From an uncultured Clostridia bacterium (GTDB lineage: Bacteria > Bacillota > Clostridia > TANB77 > CAG-508), in contig CATJZH010000142.1 in the NCBI GenBank assembly GCA_949746285.1, positions 1 to 33,522 of the forward strand: a stretch of 33,522 nt of DNA, in the 5' to 3' direction. Position 1 is the first letter of the stretch. Each line of letters opens with the position of its first letter. Made by a program: the position numbers and the translations under genes. This document shows, piece after piece, positions 28,858 through 33,522 of the stretch. The notes under the pieces are model-generated. The model searched no databases. It saw only the letters and a list, made by a program, of their open reading frames with translations, and was not told the origin of the DNA.

Positions 28858-29904
28858 TTATATTTGATGTAATTCTATTAATAAATTCATTTTAGAGTTA
28901 ATAGGTAATTCTAAGAACAATATCTCTATATTATCATTATATATTCCTGTATTGAATTTTATATTATATATAGAAGAATTTTCAGTATTTTCATAAGAAC
29001 ATGTATCAAACGTATACTTTTTATTTAAACTATCATAAAGTTGTGGAGTTTGCATATGTATTGTATCAGAACTATAATTCTCATCAATTTCAATATGTAC
29101 TTCTAAAGTGGAAGCATTTAAAGTTATATCACTAGAAATAATATGTTCATTATAAACTGGTTCATATTTAATTATTTCTCTTTTAGAAAATATATCATCT
29201 AAAGTTACTTCGAGATCCCAGGTTCCATCTAAAGTTTCATTGTTATTTATTCTTAAACTATATATGTGAAAAATAAGTTTTTGAATAATTGGAAATTTTT
29301 CAGCTCCATATAATATAGAACCCTTGAATGTTGAATCATCTATCTTAATGGGTTTGTTTCCTAAACTTACACTATTTATAATTAAAGGTTTTTCAGTTAC
29401 AGGATTATCTTCATCGAATCTATAAAGTAAATTATCATTTTCATCTTTTAGTGTATATTCTTTTATTTCTATAAATTCAATGTTTTCAACATTTTTACAA
29501 TCATATACATAAGAAATGTCTAATTTTGAATTATCTAACAAAATATCATCGATTTTTATTCCTATATTTTTATCATAAACAAAATCTGTTTGTGGCTTTT
29601 GAATATATCCATTTTCTACGGCTTTATCAATAGATTCGGTTGAGTTATTAAAAGTTGATTTTACAAAATTAATTATATCATTTGCAAAAGTGATAGTAGA
29701 AGTAGTAAATATACCAATACATAATATAATAACAGCAATTTTATAAAAATTTATATAAGTTTTTTTCGTATCTGTTTTTTCTAAATTTTTTAAAGTTTCA
29801 TTAATAACAGATTTAGTTGAAGAAGGGATTTCATCTGAAACATTATTTTTAAAATACTCATAAAGAATTTTATCTATTTCATCATTATATTTATTTTGTT
29901 TCAT
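28858..29904 (-). CDS. Membrane-anchored anti-sigma factor (DUF4179-like)
   Basis: Short cytoplasmic N-domain (IDKIL...IP...INETLKNL), one TM ending TITFA, and an extracellular beta region (KAVENGY, GTWDLEV). Overlaps the end of the ECF sigma; ATG 29904 follows GGAGGTG. Confidence 0.75.
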   Translation of the reverse strand: MKQNKYNDEIDKILYEYFKNNVSDEIPSSTKSVINETLKNLEKTDTKKTYINFYKIAVIILCIGIFTTSTITFANDIINFVKSTFNNSTESIDKAVENGYIQKPQTDFVYDKNIGIKIDDILLDNSKLDISYVYDCKNVENIEFIEIKEYTLKDENDNLLYRFDEDNPVTEKPLIINSVSLGNKPIKIDDSTFKGSILYGAEKFPIIQKLIFHIYSLRINNNETLDGTWDLEVTLDDIFSKREIIKYEPVYNEHIISSDITLNASTLEVHIEIDENYSSDTIHMQTPQLYDSLNKKYTFDTCSYENTENSSIYNIKFNTGIYNDNIEILFLELPINSKMNLLIELHQI

Positions 29905-30429
29905 ATATATCACCTCCTATTTTTTTCTCTATTTTGTGTTTAGTTCGTAGTAATTTGCTTTTAAGTGTATTTTTATTCATATTTAAAATTTCTGATATTT
30001 CTGAAGTTGTTAGATTATATTTATAATGTAGTAATATAATTGTTTTTTCATCTATGGACAAAGAATTAATTAGTATATTAAAATCTAAATGATTGTTAAT
30101 AGTGTCTATTATATGTGTATTTATAATTTTTAAATTTTCAGTATAGGTTAATTTATTTAATAGTTTTTGGTCTTTTTTTCTTTTGATATATATAGAATTG
30201 CATTCATTTAAAAGTATTTTTATTATCCATGTTTCAAAATATTCTTTGTTTTTAATTTATTTAAATTTTTATAAATACGTATTATAGTTTCTTGTAGAGC
30301 ATCATTTGCATCGTCTTCATTATTTAATCTAACTAGAGCAATATTATAAAGTTTGGAAGAATGTATTTTTATTAATTTAGTATATGCGTCTGTATCTCCA
30401 TTTAATGCTTGATCTATAAGTTCATTCAA
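29891..30429 (-). pseudogene. ECF (sigma-70 family) sigma factor with a frameshift in an A-run
   Basis: Region 2 (LYNIA..RLNNEDDANDALQETIIRIYKNL) continues in another frame as KNKEYFETWIIKILLNEC, then region 4 (LSIDEKTIILLHY...TSEISEILNMNKNTLKSKLLR) to TAA at 29891. Adding one base to the T5 run at 30249-30253 restores a protein of about 179 aa. Confidence 0.88.
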
Positions 30430-30511
30430 TTATAAAATCTCCTTTCATCAAGTATATAAAGATTTTATCAGAAAAAACCTGTAAATAAAATAGAATGTGC
30501 GATACAAATTT

Positions 30512-30530
30512 TTTATCTTTTTTTATCTTT
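30512..30530. promoter_or_regulatory. Two 10-bp-phased TTTATCTTT units in the divergent sigma/lectin intergenic region
   Basis: TTTATCTTT-T-TTTATCTTT, the same unit and period as the arms at 28084-28142. Confidence 0.5.
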
Positions 30531-30668
30531 TCAACACTAAAAAAAATAATCATATATAATGTAGTTAATAGATAAAGTATGAGCATAATTTTAAATTTAC
30601 ATATAGATTTTAATATTTTTGAAAGGAGGTTAAATTTTATTAAAAATTAAAAAAGGAGAATTTATAAG

Positions 30669-31796
30669 ATGAGGAAAATTCATATTAAAATTAAACTTAG
30701 CTTATTTTTAGCTATAATTTTTATGTTACTTTTTGTCACAAAAAGTAATGCTGCACAAGAGTTTACAGAATTAAACAACAGATGTTTTTATATAAAAAAT
30801 GCTTATACAGGTCACTATTTAGATGTTAAAGATGGAATTGCTCAAGGAGGAACTAATGTACAACAATGTCAATATAATGGTTCATATGCACAGAAATGGT
30901 ATATGGTACATTTAGGAAATGGTGAATATATGATATGTAGTGATGTAGGTTCTACAGCTGAAGGAGAATCAGTAAGATTAAATTATTCGTTAGACGTAAG
31001 TAATGGTGTAAATGCTAATGGAACACAGATACATTTATGGAATAGTGTTATGAATGGAATAACTCAAACTTTTTCTTTTACCAAAACACTAAATAATACA
31101 TATATTATTTGGACAAAAGCTAGTAATTATACAAAAGTTGCTAGTTTGTCAGATAATTTATGTTCTGATGGTATAAATGTCCATCAATGGGAATATTCAA
31201 ATCATTCGCATGACCAATGGATTTTTGAACCTGTTTATAAATTTGAAAATATGGGAGTTGCCTATGCAAAGGCAAATTACAATAGAAAAGTAGATGCATA
31301 GCCTATTTTAAATGCTTATAAAGATGAGGAGGCAAACTTTGTTTCTCAATGTTTATTGGCAGGAGGGATACATCAAAATAATAATTGGTATATGAAGAGA
31401 AAAAATACTAATTATCAAACAATAGATACTGGAACTCAATTAAACAATTCTTGGAATACAACGAATTCTTGGATTGACCATACGAAATTTAAAGAAAATT
31501 TTTATGGTGATGGCAGGAAATGTGGATTTTTTAAAGGCTCATATGTATATGATCATCCAAATGTTGTAGGTGATAACGGATTTGGAAAGGGAGATGTTGT
31601 ACAATTTAGTATGTTTTATAATGGATTTATACAGGAGAGTTTCTTTACGTCTTATGTAACATTTGAAGATATTGGAATTTTTAATAATACAAGATATAAA
31701 GAACTATTTACAACTTATACAAATAATACAAATAAATCAGTTAGAAATTTATCTAATACGTATAAGGAATATTATATAGTTTTATATGATTTTTAA
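30669..31796 (+). pseudogene. Secreted ricin-B (beta-trefoil) lectin fused to a degenerate Amidase_6-like domain, interrupted by an in-frame TAG at 31299-31301
   Basis: Signal peptide ending SNA; ricin repeats (LDV...GTNVQQ...AQKW, QTF, HDQW). ORFs 30669 and 31356 share a frame, and the junction reads AYAKANYNRKVDA*PILNAYKDEEANFVSQCLLAGG. Confidence 0.82.
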
Positions 31797-31813
31797 AATA
31801 AAGGAGAAAATTA

Positions 31814-32407
31814 ATGAAAAAAAGAATTATAATTATAGGAATTATATTAATAATTTTAATGTTAATAATAATACCATTTACAGTAACAGCCAGTAAAGAT
31901 TTAATAAAATACGATGAAAATGGAAAACCATACATATATGGGGGAGAAGAAGTACCAGAGGAATTAAAAGGAAAAGAAGGCTCAATAGTTGTACCAAGAA
32001 ATGTAGAAGAAACTTCAATTAATTTACAAAATGATGATATGGATGAAGCTGCAGCAATAAGAGCTCAAAGTGAAGATATAGATTATGAAGAACTTCATTC
32101 ACGTGTATCCAAAATAGAAGAAAGAAATAGGAAATTTGATGAAATTTTATTTAAATATTATGGAGAAGAAATAGAGAAGATTAAGAGCGATATGAGAGAA
32201 GAGGGAATAAATGCAGAATATGGAGATGCTAGTGATATGGTTTTTCCTCCAAGTGGTGTAAAATTATTGAAGCATGCAGTGAATATATATAATACTACTT
32301 CAATTCAAGAAGAAAAAGATATAATAAAAGAATTTTGTCAAGTAACAGTAAGTGGAAATGATATAGGAGATATAGAGTTAGAAAATATAATCAACAATAT
32401 GGAATAG
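31814..32407 (+). CDS. Exported or membrane-anchored hypothetical protein, paralog 1
   Basis: AAGGAG RBS, MKKR plus hydrophobic helix, acidic helical body; clearly homologous to the next gene. Confidence 0.85.
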   Translation: MKKRIIIIGIILIILMLIIIPFTVTASKDLIKYDENGKPYIYGGEEVPEELKGKEGSIVVPRNVEETSINLQNDDMDEAAAIRAQSEDIDYEELHSRVSKIEERNRKFDEILFKYYGEEIEKIKSDMREEGINAEYGDASDMVFPPSGVKLLKHAVNIYNTTSIQEEKDIIKEFCQVTVSGNDIGDIELENIINNME

Positions 32408-32451
32408 AATTGTATAGAAAGTAATAATTTGTTTAAACGAAAGGAATAATA

Positions 32452-33033
32452 ATGAGAAAAAGAATTATAATAATAGGAATTATAATAATAGTGTTAATGT
32501 TAATACCATTTACAGTTAAAGCAAGTAAAAATTTAATAAAACACGATGATAATGGAAAACCATACATATATGGAGGAGAAGAGGTACCAGAGGAATTAAA
32601 AGGAAAAGAAGGATCAATTGTAGTGCCATTACACCCAGATAATAACGAAATTGAAGTACAAGAAGAGGAAGAGCTAGCAAGTGGAAACATGGAAGAAGCA
32701 TTTGCAGAGCTGGATGCACGTATTGCTAAAATAGAAGAAACAGATAGAAAATTTGATGAAATATTATTTAAATATTATGGTAGAGACGAAATAGAAAAAA
32801 TAAAAGAGAGAATGAGAAATGAAGGAATACATGGAGATTATGGAGATGTTAACTCTATAACTTTTTCTCCAAGCTGTAAAGAATTATTATGGAATGCAGT
32901 TAATATATATAATACTACTTCAATTCAGGAAGAAAAAAATGTAATAAAAGAATTTTGTCAAGATATGGTAAATTGCAATAGAAGAGAAATTGATGATCAA
33001 AAATTAATACAGGCAGTTGACAATATGGAATAA
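32452..33033 (+). CDS. Exported or membrane-anchored hypothetical protein, paralog 2
   Basis: Shares NGKPYIYGGEEVPEELKGKEGSIVVP, RKFDEILFKYYG and AVNIYNTTSIQEEK with paralog 1. Confidence 0.85.
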   Translation: MRKRIIIIGIIIIVLMLIPFTVKASKNLIKHDDNGKPYIYGGEEVPEELKGKEGSIVVPLHPDNNEIEVQEEEELASGNMEEAFAELDARIAKIEETDRKFDEILFKYYGRDEIEKIKERMRNEGIHGDYGDVNSITFSPSCKELLWNAVNIYNTTSIQEEKNVIKEFCQDMVNCNRREIDDQKLIQAVDNME

Positions 33034-33049
33034 TCTATAAATTAATTGA

Positions 33050-33094
33050 AATGCACCATAGTTATATTAAATATAATTATGGTGTTATTTTTTT
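33050..33094 (+). terminator. Terminator at the right end of the island
   Basis: GCACCATAGTTATAT-loop-ATATAATTATGGTGT followed by a T-run. Confidence 0.78.
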
Positions 33095-33115
33095 ATTACA
33101 ATTGTATTAAAAGCA

Positions 33116-33144
33116 TTGTAAATGGAAATGATTAGATATAGAAT
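33116..33144 (+). promoter_or_regulatory. Sigma-A promoter of the final ORF
   Basis: TTGTAA-17bp-TAGAAT. Confidence 0.55.
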
Positions 33145-33192
33145 TATTATGAGATAATACTATCAATTGATATAAAAATGGAGGTAGTTGTT

Positions 33193-33522
33193 TTGGTAGG
33201 AAAAAAACGTAAAAATGATGATGATCTTATAGTAGATTTAGAAGATTTTGAGAATTTTGATGCACTAGAAGATGATGATGAATTTGAAGAAATTGAAGTT
33301 AGTAAAAAAGTTCCATCTAAAAAAGTAAAAGATGAAATAGAAGATGATGAAGAATATGAACAAGTGTCAGACGACGAATTCGAAGAAATTGGAGACGACG
33401 AAGAATACGAAATAGTAGAAGATGACGCAGAAGAATATGAAGAAGTAGAAGACGATGAATTCGAAGAAATTGGAGACGACGAAGAATACGAAATAGTAGA
33501 AGATGACGCAGAAGAATATGAA
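33193..33522 (+). CDS. Highly acidic low-complexity repeat protein, 5' part only (runs off the window; absent from the ORF track)
   Basis: GGAGGT RBS then TTG at 33193; open frame MVGKKRKNDDDLIVDLEDFENFDALEDDDEFEEIEV... to the window end. Confidence 0.8.
   Translation, partial: MVGKKRKNDDDLIVDLEDFENFDALEDDDEFEEIEVSKKVPSKKVKDEIEDDEEYEQVSDDEFEEIGDDEEYEIVEDDAEEYEEVEDDEFEEIGDDEEYEIVEDDAEEYE
33370..33522 (+). repeat. 81-bp (27-aa) coding tandem repeat DDEFEEIGDDEEYEIVEDDAEEYEEVE
   Basis: Units start at 33370 and 33451 and are nearly identical; the second is truncated by the window end. Confidence 0.9.

Noticed and set aside
31299-31301. Genome-wide TAG recoding or pyrrolysine insertion
   Set aside because: rnc, addB, alr and a DUF881 gene end at TAG at their expected lengths, and no pyl genes are visible. 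A point nonsense mutation is the simpler explanation.
293-32719. Many short ORFs antisense to or overlapping larger genes (e.g. 293-478, 1300-1545, 4594-4815, 13989-14237, 20198-20830, 24103-24843, 27373-27744, 32433-32690)
   Set aside because: They are shadows of well-supported genes, with the Ser/Ile/Phe/Leu bias expected from the reverse complement of AT-rich codons and no recognisable motifs.
31814-33033. Diversity-generating retroelement template/variable repeat pair
   Set aside because: The differences are not adenine-specific, both copies are whole genes, and no reverse transcriptase is in the window.
33370-33522. CRISPR-like repeat
   Set aside because: The 81-bp units are contiguous, in frame within a CDS and lack spacers.

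Overview
A very AT-rich chromosomal window from a spore-forming Clostridia-class firmicute (spoIIGA-sigE present); no rRNA, tRNA, CRISPR or IS element is visible. Bases 1-28 kb are mostly housekeeping genes: plsX-acpP-rnc-radical SAM-YitT, two XRE regulators, ogg-transglutaminase-addB-alr-pgeF-udg, topB, and a partial division/sporulation cluster murA-ftsQ-DUF881x2-sbp-ftsA-ftsZ-spoIIGA-sigE. Two stretches stand out. (1) At 13.0-17.4 kb, a secreted papain-like (C1A) protease with a C-terminal dockerin lies directly upstream of a cohesin-like protein with a sortase-type MPYTG anchor, suggesting a non-cellulosomal protease-display pair. An unassigned HEXXH protein is divergent from it. (2) At 28.0-33.1 kb, where sigG usually follows sigE, an accessory island carries a small secreted protein (frameshifted), an ECF sigma (frameshifted) with its anti-sigma, a ricin-B lectin fused to an apparently catalytically dead Amidase_6-like domain (in-frame TAG), and two tandem paralogous exported proteins. 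A perfect 27-bp inverted repeat built from 10-bp-phased AAAGATAAA units marks the island's left end, and the unit recurs before the lectin gene. The window ends inside a highly acidic repeat protein. All family calls come from motif recognition by eye; no searches were run.
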